A DNA stretch of 25,241 nucleotides from Clostridia bacterium (GTDB lineage: Bacteria > Bacillota > Clostridia > Oscillospirales > CAG-272): the NCBI GenBank assembly GCA_017382555.1, contig JAFOAB010000040.1, positions 1 to 25,241 of the forward strand, in the 5' to 3' direction. Each line of letters opens with the position of its first letter. Positions within the stretch are counted from its first letter, which is position 1. A program made the position numbers and the translations under genes. Below the pieces are notes generated by a model. That model was not told where the DNA came from. It searched no databases and saw only the letters and a program-made list of their open reading frames with translations. Below are positions 16,413-24,946 of the stretch, one piece after another.

Positions 16413-18447
16413 GAAAAACGGTTACCTTGAGTGCGGTGAATATCTCATCACCTGGGCATTCGGTCACCTTTTTTCGCTTTGCGATATCGAGGAATATACC
16501 CCCGGCACCGAGGGACAGCGCTGGACGATGGATAATCTGCCCTGCTTCCCCGAGAAGTTTAAATTCCGCATTAAAAGCGGTGCGGACAAAAAGCCCGATG
16601 CGGGAGTGGAGCGGCAGTTCGGCGTTATACGCGCGCTTTGCAGAAGAGAAGACGTCACGACCATCGTAAACGCGGGCGACTCCGACCGCGAGGGTGAAAT
16701 CATCGTACGCCTTTGCGTTGAGAACGCTATGCGCGATTTCGGTGAAAAGCCCGTGTGCCGTCTGTGGCTTCCCGACCAGACACCGCAGACCATCAAGGCG
16801 GCAATTGAAGAAATGCGCTCCGACAGCGAGTACGATAATCTCGCAAACGAGGGCTTTGCGCGCACGTATATCGACTGGCTCTACGGCGTTAACCTCACGC
16901 GCTACGCAACGCTGAAGACCGGCTCACTTTTGCGTGTCGGCCGCGTTATCGTGCCGATAGTTAAGGCCATCTATGACCGCGATATGGCGATACGCAATTT
17001 CGTGCCCGAGAAATACTACGTTATCCGCAGCTGTGAAAAAACAGACGGCGAAGAGGTTGAACTTGTAAGCAAGGAAAAATTCGCCGCAGATAAGCTGGAG
17101 GATGTAAAAAAGCTGTGCGATAAATACAACGCGCAGACGGCAACCGTAACCTCGGTAAAAAAGAAGCGCGACACGCTTCAGCCGGGTAAGCTTTACTCCC
17201 TTTCAAAGCTTCAAAGCATGCTTGGCAAAAAATACAAGATGCCGATGGAAAAGAGCCTTGAGGTTCTGCAAAAGCTGTACGAGGACGGATACGTAACATA
17301 CCCCCGTACCAACTCCGAGTATCTTGCAACGGCAGAGCAGGGCAAGATGAAGAAAATAATCGAGGGTGTCAGCAAGCTCGGTTACCCCGTGCAGTTCCGA
17401 TTCTCCAAAACGATATTTGACGATAAGAAGATAGAAAGCCATTCCGCACTCACCCCCACCTACAAGATACCCGACGTAAAAAGCCTTACGGAGGATGAAA
17501 GAAAGGTTTATTCCGCCATTTTCCGCCGCTTTGTTGCCGTTTTCTGTGCCGAGGAATGCAAGGTGGATAAGACCACCATCACCATCTCCGTCGGGGAGCT
17601 TGAGGAATTCACCCTCAAGGGCATGATGATTGCCGAGGCGGGCTGGACAAAGTACGACGATTACGATAAAAAGGACAAGGTGCTTCCCTCCCTTAACAAG
17701 GGCGATACGGTAAACATCAACTTCCAACCGCAGGAAAAGGAGACCACACCACCGAAGCACTACACCATAGAAACGCTTAACAACTACCTCAAGAACCCCT
17801 TCCGCGAGGAAAAGGCAGCCGTTGAAACGGAAAATGACGAGGAGGAGTACCGCGCGGTATTCGAGGGCCTTGAGCTTGGTACCGAGGCCACCCGAACCTC
17901 CATTATTGATAACGCAAAGAAAAGCGGCTACATAGAGCTGAAAAAGGACGTGTACCACATTCTTCCCGGCGGCGAATTCCTTATCGAATCGCTTATCCGT
18001 ATGGGCATTTCGATGGACAAGTATAAAACCGCAGAGCTCGGCAAGGCGCTTAAAAAGGTGTTTAGGGGCGAGATTGAGGTTAGAGACAGCGTAAAAATAG
18101 CGGAAACGGAGATAGCCGAGGTATTTGACCAAAAGAATCTGCCAACCGACAGCGATGACGGAATAATGGGTGATATCGTGGGAAAATGCCCCCTTTGCGG
18201 CGGTGACGTGCGCCGTACCACCTTTGGCTACGGATGCGGCAATTACCGCGAGAACGGCTGTAAATTCGGCTTTAGGAACGTTATTTGCAAGCGCACCGTT
18301 TCCCTTGAGAACGCGCGTTTACTCCTCTCCGAGGGTAAAACCGCACTCATAAAGGGCTTTATCTCCAAGGCGGGCAAGCCGTTTGACGCTTTCCTTACCC
18401 TGCAAAACGGCGAGGTCAAATTTGAATTCCCGCCCAGAGGATATTGA
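16342..18447 (+). CDS. topB: DNA topoisomerase III-like type IA topoisomerase with C-terminal zinc ribbon
   Basis: IAEKPSLA, WAFGHL, NAGDSDREGE, catalytic TYPRT, ELGTEATR, CPLCGG...C...C and a GKT..IKGFISKAGKPF repeat. Confidence 0.9.
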   Translation: MILIIAEKPSLARNIAGAIGNPNKKNGYLECGEYLITWAFGHLFSLCDIEEYTPGTEGQRWTMDNLPCFPEKFKFRIKSGADKKPDAGVERQFGVIRALCRREDVTTIVNAGDSDREGEIIVRLCVENAMRDFGEKPVCRLWLPDQTPQTIKAAIEEMRSDSEYDNLANEGFARTYIDWLYGVNLTRYATLKTGSLLRVGRVIVPIVKAIYDRDMAIRNFVPEKYYVIRSCEKTDGEEVELVSKEKFAADKLEDVKKLCDKYNAQTATVTSVKKKRDTLQPGKLYSLSKLQSMLGKKYKMPMEKSLEVLQKLYEDGYVTYPRTNSEYLATAEQGKMKKIIEGVSKLGYPVQFRFSKTIFDDKKIESHSALTPTYKIPDVKSLTEDERKVYSAIFRRFVAVFCAEECKVDKTTITISVGELEEFTLKGMMIAEAGWTKYDDYDKKDKVLPSLNKGDTVNINFQPQEKETTPPKHYTIETLNNYLKNPFREEKAAVETENDEEEYRAVFEGLELGTEATRTSIIDNAKKSGYIELKKDVYHILPGGEFLIESLIRMGISMDKYKTAELGKALKKVFRGEIEVRDSVKIAETEIAEVFDQKNLPTDSDDGIMGDIVGKCPLCGGDVRRTTFGYGCGNYRENGCKFGFRNVICKRTVSLENARLLLSEGKTALIKGFISKAGKPFDAFLTLQNGEVKFEFPPRGY

Positions 18448-18454
18448 TAAAAAA

Positions 18455-18554
18455 CGACCGCAAGATCCTTCACTGCGTGTCCGCAATGTCATCCTCGAGG
18501 AAGCGAAGCGACCGAAGGATCTGCGGACACTACGTTCATGGATGACGGCGGTCG
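18455..18554. repeat. ~100-bp multi-palindromic intergenic element, copy 1 (TGTC/CGTC-tagged class)
   Basis: Core TGTCATCCTCGAGGAAGCGAAGCGACCGAAGGATCT plus four inverted-repeat pairs; homologous to 25053-25152. Confidence 0.75.
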
Positions 18555-18568
18555 GCAAAACATTTATA

Positions 18569-18598
18569 TTGACAAGTCGCCAACAATGGTGATAGAAT
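18569..18598 (+). promoter_or_regulatory. sigma-A promoter of asnA
   Basis: TTGACA-18bp-TAGAAT with an extended TG. Confidence 0.7.
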
Positions 18599-18638
18599 AA
18601 TCAAGTATATTTGTATATTTGATTTTTGGAAGTGTATT

Positions 18639-19643
18639 ATGAAAAACCTTTATATACCCGAGGGCTACACGCCCGCACTTGATCTGCGTATGACGCAGGT
18701 TGCAATTAAAAAGGTAAAGGACTTTTTTGAAAGAGATCTTGCCATTGCAATGAACCTCACCCGTGTTTCCGCGCCCCTTTTCGTTCAGTCCGACAGCGGT
18801 CTTAACGATACCCTAAGCGGTGTGGAGCGCCCCGTTGGCTTTGATATCTTCTCCGGCGAGAGCTTTGAGATCGTGCAGAGCCTTGCAAAGTGGAAGCGTA
18901 TGGCACTTGAAAGCTACGGCTTTGAAAAGGGCGAGGGCCTTTATACCGATATGAGCGCGATAAGACGCGACGAGGAGCCGGATAACATCCACTCCATCTA
19001 CGTTGACCAGTGGGACTGGGAGAAGGTCATCACCGAGGAGGATCGCACCCTTGATTACCTCAAGCGCGCGGTAAGACACATCTACGGCGCCCTCCACCAC
19101 ACCGAGATATACATAGCGCAGGAGTATAAGTTCATCGACCGTCTCCTGCCCGAGCATATATTCTTCATCACCTCGCAGGAGCTTGAGGATATGTACCCCG
19201 AGCTTACCGCGAAGCAGAGAGAATACGAGATCACAAAAAAGCACGGCGCGGTGTTCATCGCCCAGATCGGCGGCAAGCTGAAGTCCGGCAAGCCCCATGA
19301 CGGACGCGCACCCGACTACGACGATTGGTCATTAAACGGCGATATCCTCGTTTACTACCCTGTGCTTGATATAGCACTCGAGCTTTCCTCCATGGGTATC
19401 AGAGTTGACCGCAAGGCTCTCCTTTCCCAGCTTGAGGAGCGCGGCTGTATGGAAAGAACGAATCTCCCCTTCCATAAGGCTCTGCTTGATAATAAGCTCC
19501 CCCTCACCATCGGCGGCGGTATCGGCCAGTCCAGAATGTGTATGTTCTTCCTCCGCAAGGCGCACATAGGCGAGGTACAGTCCTCCTATTGGTCCCCCGA
19601 GGTAAGAAATGAATTCTTAAAGCGCGGCATCGAGCTGCTCTAA
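18639..19643 (+). CDS. asnA: Aspartate--ammonia ligase
   Basis: [51 protein letters not shown]. Confidence 0.98.
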   Translation: MKNLYIPEGYTPALDLRMTQVAIKKVKDFFERDLAIAMNLTRVSAPLFVQSDSGLNDTLSGVERPVGFDIFSGESFEIVQSLAKWKRMALESYGFEKGEGLYTDMSAIRRDEEPDNIHSIYVDQWDWEKVITEEDRTLDYLKRAVRHIYGALHHTEIYIAQEYKFIDRLLPEHIFFITSQELEDMYPELTAKQREYEITKKHGAVFIAQIGGKLKSGKPHDGRAPDYDDWSLNGDILVYYPVLDIALELSSMGIRVDRKALLSQLEERGCMERTNLPFHKALLDNKLPLTIGGGIGQSRMCMFFLRKAHIGEVQSSYWSPEVRNEFLKRGIELL

Positions 19644-19647
19644 TAAA

Positions 19648-19686
19648 CAAAACGCCCCGTGAACTGCCGTTCACGGGGCGTTTGTT
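19648..19686. terminator. Bidirectional terminator hairpin, twin A
   Basis: AAACGCCCCGTGAAC-TGCC-GTTCACGGGGCGTTT, a 15-bp perfect stem between convergent genes. Confidence 0.85.
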
Positions 19687-19687
19687 A

Positions 19688-19933
19688 TCAAAAATCGTGT
19701 CTTGACCCTCCGTCGCTTCCAAACAACTCAAATGTTTTTACTATTTCCTCAATTTTTTGAAAGCATTCCGAATCCTCAAGGCTTTCGTCCTCTATTATTG
19801 CTTTTATTTGTTTGAGCATATTGTAACACGTCATTTCAACTGCTGCATTCGGGTCTATCGTACAATTTGTAAACTTCACCTCCACCAACCGGCTTCTCAA
19901 CATTCTCACCAATATATCCTTATATAATTCCAT
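19688..19933 (-). CDS. Small hypothetical protein (81 aa)
   Basis: MELYKDIL...IKAIIEDESLEDSECFQKIEEIV...GGSRHDF; GAGGTG SD before ATG 19933; has its own promoter; AT-richer than the core genes. Confidence 0.8.
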   Translation of the reverse strand: MELYKDILVRMLRSRLVEVKFTNCTIDPNAAVEMTCYNMLKQIKAIIEDESLEDSECFQKIEEIVKTFELFGSDGGSRHDF

Positions 19934-19948
19934 ACACACCTCGACAAT

Positions 19949-20008
19949 GTATGGGGATTATATCCCCTTAATAATTTAGATTATGACCCCCATAATAGAT
20001 AATGTCAA
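19949..20008. promoter_or_regulatory. Divergent promoter/operator region
   Basis: Minus-strand TTGACA (20003-20008)-17bp-CATAAT (19980-19985); palindromes ATTATG-N5-CATAAT (19980-19996) and GGGGAT-N3-ATCCCC (19953-19967). Confidence 0.65.
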
Positions 20009-20024
20009 GTTATGGAGGGCAATT

Positions 20025-20225
20025 ATGATAATTTTCGATAAGCTTTGGATCATTATGGAGCAAAAAGGCATATCCACCTATACATTGCGCGAAAAATGCG
20101 GCATCGACAGCAAAACCGTTCGCCGTCTTAAAGCGAATGAAAATATTGAAACAAAAACGCTTGATAAGCTTTGCTGTGCATTGGATTGCAAAATTGAAGA
20201 TATTGCCGAATACGTAAAGGAATAA
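20025..20225 (+). CDS. Cro/C1-type (XRE-like) HTH transcriptional regulator, 66 aa
   Basis: MIIFDKLWIIMEQKGISTYTL...TVRRLKANENIETKTLDKLCCALDCKIEDIAEY; GGAGG SD before ATG 20025. Confidence 0.9.
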   Translation: MIIFDKLWIIMEQKGISTYTLREKCGIDSKTVRRLKANENIETKTLDKLCCALDCKIEDIAEYVKE

Positions 20226-20263
20226 AAAACGCGCCCCGTGAGCATTTGCTCACGGGGCGTTTT
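20226..20263. terminator. Bidirectional terminator hairpin, twin B
   Basis: CGCCCCGTGAGCA-TT-TGCTCACGGGGCG with A/T tails; the outer arms are identical to twin A. Confidence 0.85.
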
Positions 20264-20463
20264 GCTATTCGTCTTCGGAATTATCCTCCTCCAAAAGCCG
20301 TTTTCTCGGATTATCCGATATGTAGTTTTTATGCTTGCGGCAGTCATCAGCATCGCGGATTATGTGGTCGAAATACGAGCGTTGAAACATTTTTTCAACT
20401 CCGCATTTTTCCTTGCACATTTTTGAGGTTATGGATTTAAAAGCACAAATGACATCATTAAGC

Positions 20464-20489
20464 GTAGGGGAGGGGCGTGCTCCTCCCGC
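20464..20489 (+). repeat. GTAG-type REP, copy 1 (inside the RAYT CDS)
   Basis: GTAG-GGGAGGGG-CGTG-CTCCTCCC-GC: a GTAG tag followed by an imperfect palindrome. Confidence 0.85.
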
Positions 20490-20655
20490 CCCTTCGGGCA
20501 CTATAATTATCGCGTGAATATGCTCCGGCATTATTACGTAATCGGATATTTTCAATCCGGTATACCGCTTTTCTAAGGCAAGCAACTGTTCTTTTGCAAT
20601 CTCGCCGCAGGGCTTCAAAACAACATTTGCACACATAAATGATCGATCAAGGATC

Positions 20656-20681
20656 GCGGGAGGAGCAAGCCCCTCCCCTAC
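20656..20681 (-). repeat. GTAG-type REP, copy 2 (inside the RAYT CDS, inverted)
   Basis: Reverse complement GTAGGGGAGGGGCTTGCTCCTCCCGC, 25/26 identical to copy 1. Confidence 0.85.
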
Positions 20682-20827
20682 CTCGTCATCGTTATCTTTT
20701 ACGGTAATTTCAGACAATATCGGTCTACGGTCCCGCACACAGATTGTTACAAAGTACATTCCTGCCAAACCGTAATCATACCCCTGCCATCTTGTGCCTT
20801 TCCTTTTCGGCAAATCCTTTTCCGCCA

Positions 20828-21862
20828 TCAGTCAAGCAGCTCATCCACGGAATAATAACGCGTATCCGCGGTATTGCCGCGCATATCGGTTACGGTAACG
20901 CGGATGCGGCCGTCATCCTTGGTTATCGGGATAACCGCGGAATTGATAACGTCGCCTGCCTTGGTGTAATTATATACGGAGCGGCCCTTTCTGAGGGGGC
21001 AATGCACCTTGATGGAGAACGCATCGGAGCAGCTTACGTACAGCTTTCCGTCCTCCACGTACAGCTCCTTTATCTCCGGTCCGCGGGAGGCATAGAAATC
21101 TCCATTCTTAAGAGACGCAAAGATATTCTCATACGTCAGGCTTTCCGCCTTTATCATTACCCACGCGCCGCAGGAATCGAATCGTGCGTGGCCGAGGGGA
21201 TGAACGTTGTGGTTATCGTCCGCCGCAACAACGTAAAGCTTATCCTTGCCATGGCGATACATTTCCTCATATACCCACGGAACGTAATCCTCATATCCGC
21301 CTACAAGGCAGGAGTAATTTGCTATCTCCATAGCATCCATACCCTCGTAGCGTACTATATCCTCGATATGCTCTCTTGACCAAACGGGATGATTGTAGGT
21401 AACGAAAAATCCGCTTTCCTTTGCGAGTGCAATGGCCTTATTTACGCATTCAACGGAATACTCTCTTTCAAAATCCGGAAGAGACTCATCAAACATCGCT
21501 CTGTCCTTATAATAGGGCGCATTGCCGAAGAGATATTTTTCCCTATGCCAGCACACCTGCTTCGTATCACTCTCGGTGGGGGAGATGAGGCACATATGCG
21601 CCGTGCGCTTTGAGAAGCCGGGTGCCGCAACGGGCTCGGTAAACTCCATCTCATAGCCCGTGAGGGGGAGAAACTCCTCGTCCTTTAATTCGGGATGAGG
21701 GAGCATAAGATCGTGGTCGGTAAATGCAACAACGGAGTAGCCCTTTTCCTTATACACCTTTTTTACTATTTCGGGCGGAAGCTTACCGTCGGACACGGTG
21801 GTATGGCAATGCAAATTAGCTTTGTAGAACTGACCCTCGTTTGGCAAAAGATACTTTCTCAT
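20828..21862 (-). CDS. PHP-domain metallohydrolase (CehA/McbA-like)
   Basis: KANLHCHTTVSDG, FTDHD, TGYEME, YNHPVWS, ADDNHN metal-ligand motifs. Start moved to ATG 21862 (GAGGAG SD). Confidence 0.88.
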   Translation of the reverse strand: MRKYLLPNEGQFYKANLHCHTTVSDGKLPPEIVKKVYKEKGYSVVAFTDHDLMLPHPELKDEEFLPLTGYEMEFTEPVAAPGFSKRTAHMCLISPTESDTKQVCWHREKYLFGNAPYYKDRAMFDESLPDFEREYSVECVNKAIALAKESGFFVTYNHPVWSREHIEDIVRYEGMDAMEIANYSCLVGGYEDYVPWVYEEMYRHGKDKLYVVAADDNHNVHPLGHARFDSCGAWVMIKAESLTYENIFASLKNGDFYASRGPEIKELYVEDGKLYVSCSDAFSIKVHCPLRKGRSVYNYTKAGDVINSAVIPITKDDGRIRVTVTDMRGNTADTRYYSVDELLD

Positions 21863-21873
21863 ATTTCCACTCC

Positions 21874-22713
21874 TCATAATAATATAGAGATAATAATTCC
21901 GATAACCGAAAGCGCACATCCGATAGCCGAGAGCGCGGTATATTTCTTTTTATACAGCACTGCGGATATCAGCATAACGAAGAATACGGACATACTTTCT
22001 ATCGCATTTACGATAACGATATTGGCATAAATAACTGCCCAGCCGGATAGGATCATTCCTGCGGCAACCATTGCCGCCTGCGCAAAATACGGCTTCACGG
22101 GCACGTTTTTCACGTCAATGCGAGGTCTTAGAACAGCAAGCAGAATAAGAAGCGCAATCACCATACTGAAGAAAAGCATGGTTTCGTTTGAGATAAGTCC
22201 GCGCTTCACGCAGGTCTTGAGTATGAACGGCTTGAACGTACGCGAAATAACGGAGATTATCTCGAAGATTATACCCGCCGCGCCCGTTCTGTCATCATTC
22301 TTGCTTTGGAAGTTGATGGTAAGCACGGCGCCGATAACGAACACCGCAATACCGATAACTCCGCCAAGGGAAAGCGTGTCGATAACCAGCACAAAGGATA
22401 CTATCATTGCAAGAAGCACCTTTGATTTCGCTATCATCTCCACGTGCACGGCATTGGAGTGCTTTACTGCAAGCTGATGGGTAAAAATATTTACCGCCTC
22501 AAGCACACCGTAGAGCAGCAGAAGACCTATGCATTCCGCATCAAGCCGCCAGTTAAAGAGCGACGCGATGAAAAAGATGGGGATAACGAACATTATCCTC
22601 AGCACCGTGTGCTCCTCGGCGGAACGGGTTCGCATTATTTTTTTGTTTAAAAGGGTATCAACCGCCTTGCTGAGGGAATCAAGCAAGGCAAACAAAAATC
22701 CCAAAACCGCCAT
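21874..22713 (-). CDS. DMT/EamA-family transporter
   Basis: 279 aa, about 10 hydrophobic helices in two repeats; GAGA SD; tightly packed between its neighbours. Confidence 0.8.
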   Translation of the reverse strand: MAVLGFLFALLDSLSKAVDTLLNKKIMRTRSAEEHTVLRIMFVIPIFFIASLFNWRLDAECIGLLLLYGVLEAVNIFTHQLAVKHSNAVHVEMIAKSKVLLAMIVSFVLVIDTLSLGGVIGIAVFVIGAVLTINFQSKNDDRTGAAGIIFEIISVISRTFKPFILKTCVKRGLISNETMLFFSMVIALLILLAVLRPRIDVKNVPVKPYFAQAAMVAAGMILSGWAVIYANIVIVNAIESMSVFFVMLISAVLYKKKYTALSAIGCALSVIGIIISILL

Positions 22714-22731
22714 TGGTTCTCCTTTATAACG

Positions 22732-24924
22732 TTACTTTTGCTTTTTCTTTGAAAAACGCTTAATAATATGCTTTGCAAACGGAATAATGATCGCACCGAC
22801 GAATGCGGGCCACCAGTTTACCGCCTTTTCTATCATATTATCGACAATCGGCTCACCCAGATCCACAAGTTTGATAGTAAGATCGACTACCAGATAAATA
22901 GCAACGACACAAACGAAAAGTGCAAGATAGAGGGCTATCTCAAGGCGGCTCTTATGCCTTACCTCCCGCTTCAGCTCGCTTACCTTTTTTTCCATTCCGG
23001 CGCACTCTTGCGCAAGCCTTTCCTTTTCCAGATAGAGGCTGTCGTTTTTCAGCCTTACACTCTGATAAGAATCAATGTACCCCTCCTGCTCGCACTTCTC
23101 CTTGGGGAAGGTTCCGGTTTTGAAGAGAAGCTCCGCAAGGTCGGCAACGGGGAACGATGTAACGCTTTCAAATTTATAAAGCGCACACGCAACGCGAAGC
23201 CTTTCGTCCACACGACTGCATATGTATGAATCGGAGTTAAAATACTTGATGAGATCGAAGAGCAGTCTCTCGATCCTGCGGCAAATATCACAGCTTACCG
23301 CATCGCTTCGATTGGAGAGGCACTGATAAATATCCGTTAGGCGAGATGCCGTAACCGCGGCGGCATAAATGCCAAAGCCCACGTGATGCCCGTCTATATG
23401 CTTCTCCGCATAGCCCACAAGCTTCTCGGTAAGCGCGGTATCATCCGTAGTGTACGCTATGTCAAGCAGCATAAGCATATCGTATTCGTTTATATCATCA
23501 ATATCCGTTGCGTTGATGATGGGTGCGCAGTTAGCGCGCAGATATTCCGCTCTATTTGCCTCAAAGAGAGAAAGCATATTGTACTTATCCAGCTTTTCCC
23601 TTGCGGCATTACGGCACACGTCACATTCCGAAACGTACTTATATACGCGCCTTGTATATTCATCCTCCGCACCGAGGAAGGTGTAAAACAGCCAAAGCAC
23701 TCTGCAGGTTGCACCGAACGTATCATCATACGATCCGTTGCCCGAATCGTCCACACGGCGCTTTGCATCGGAAAGAAGCACCTCCAGCTTATCCGCAGTA
23801 TACTCACCGCGGCAAAGCCCCTTAAACTCGGAAAGCGCGGAAAGCAGGTCCACACGCACCATAAAGCTGCTTTCCCTTGAGGATTTTGCAAGCTCCTCCT
23901 GAACCTCGCGTTCTGCTCTTGCAAAATTCAGACAGCTTGTTTTATCAACGGAATGAACCTCAAAGAAGTCGTCTCCGTCATTTTTGCGATCGCGAAGCTT
24001 GATAAGCTTAACGCCCGCCATATCAATGGCACGCAGATCCTCGTCCGTCAGCCTTTCCATCATTCCGCTGCCGACAAGCACACCGCTGTGCACACCGCAT
24101 TTTATATTCTCAAGCATATATTCGCGCTCGTCCGCGGAATAGTGCTTGAAATAAAGCTTTTGATTTTCAAGATGATTTAAGAAGTAGCTGAAGCCGAGAT
24201 TGTTTTCGGCACGCTCCTTGAAAACCGCAAGAGACATATTGGAGGTAAGCAGGTTAACAAGTACGTTTTCAAGCAGCTTGAGATGGCGCTGATAATCGAG
24301 CATAACGGAGGAAAAAACTATCTTCTTATCCACCGCGCGCTTGATAACGCCCCTGCCCTGCGCATCCGTCATTACCGTCAGCCATTCGTTTTCATTACCC
24401 TCAAGTATCATGGAGTAATCGCCGGGGATACCGGGACAGCCTATGGCATGCGCAAACGTCTCTGCGGGCGATACCACGTTCGGGAAGCTGAGGTACGCCT
24501 TGCCCTGCGGAGCGGCAAGATAGCATCGCTCATCCGATTCACGCTCCTCCTTGGTGCGCGAATCCTTTATAAGCCTTATATTCTTGCCAAGGAAGGGCAA
24601 CGTGGGTACGCAATCCGCATCCTCTGCCTTCACAGCAAGCTTATATTGGTGCATAACAAGCACAGCACCGTTCTCGAGATATTTCTCAAACGCACGGCAA
24701 AACTCCTCGCCGTACACGTGGGATTTAAGCGCATCATCGTGAAGCGAGTTGGAGGCAAACACAACGCAGTCAATACCGTGCGAAAGCTCCGTATCAAGGC
24801 TACCGATATTCTCGCTTGTGAAGTGCACAACGTCAAAGCCCATCTCCGCAAGCGGTGCGCGGAGGTCGGCAAAGGAGTAGCTGCGCATTTCCGACGTATT
24901 CTGTACCAAAGCAATTCTGTACAT
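22732..24924 (-). CDS. Orphan 730-aa protein with C-terminal coiled coil and 2 TM helices
   Basis: Uninterrupted 730-aa ORF with a GAGGG SD and its own promoter. The N-terminus has an alpha/beta pattern, the middle is helical, there are two hydrophobic stretches near the C-terminus, and the tail is basic. Confidence 0.85.
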   Translation of the reverse strand: MYRIALVQNTSEMRSYSFADLRAPLAEMGFDVVHFTSENIGSLDTELSHGIDCVVFASNSLHDDALKSHVYGEEFCRAFEKYLENGAVLVMHQYKLAVKAEDADCVPTLPFLGKNIRLIKDSRTKEERESDERCYLAAPQGKAYLSFPNVVSPAETFAHAIGCPGIPGDYSMILEGNENEWLTVMTDAQGRGVIKRAVDKKIVFSSVMLDYQRHLKLLENVLVNLLTSNMSLAVFKERAENNLGFSYFLNHLENQKLYFKHYSADEREYMLENIKCGVHSGVLVGSGMMERLTDEDLRAIDMAGVKLIKLRDRKNDGDDFFEVHSVDKTSCLNFARAEREVQEELAKSSRESSFMVRVDLLSALSEFKGLCRGEYTADKLEVLLSDAKRRVDDSGNGSYDDTFGATCRVLWLFYTFLGAEDEYTRRVYKYVSECDVCRNAAREKLDKYNMLSLFEANRAEYLRANCAPIINATDIDDINEYDMLMLLDIAYTTDDTALTEKLVGYAEKHIDGHHVGFGIYAAAVTASRLTDIYQCLSNRSDAVSCDICRRIERLLFDLIKYFNSDSYICSRVDERLRVACALYKFESVTSFPVADLAELLFKTGTFPKEKCEQEGYIDSYQSVRLKNDSLYLEKERLAQECAGMEKKVSELKREVRHKSRLEIALYLALFVCVVAIYLVVDLTIKLVDLGEPIVDNMIEKAVNWWPAFVGAIIIPFAKHIIKRFSKKKQK

Positions 24925-24946
24925 ATACTTCCCTCTTAACAGATAA

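Larger units (their letters stand above)
20265..20828 (-). mobile_element. REP-associated tyrosine transposase (RAYT; HUH Y1 family), 187 aa
   Basis: LPKRK..R.QGYDY, YFVTIC, HUH motif YVIMPEHIH, FQRSYFDHIIR, and catalytic-Tyr motif YISDNP. Confidence 0.9.

Noticed and set aside
17203-18132. 309-aa ORF on the minus strand
   Set aside because: Antisense shadow of topB with no independent signals.
20265-20828. Calling the transposase an IS200/IS605 insertion sequence
   Set aside because: No tnpB, no IS200-like subterminal ends seen, and the motifs (YDY, QRSYFDHIIR, YISDNP) fit the RAYT branch.
20744-21379. 211-aa plus-strand ORF
   Set aside because: Antisense to the PHP gene, which has clear catalytic motifs.
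24283-24939. 218-aa plus-strand ORF and other short ORFs opposite the 730-aa gene
   Set aside because: Antisense shadows; the minus-strand gene has the SD, the promoter and an uninterrupted frame.
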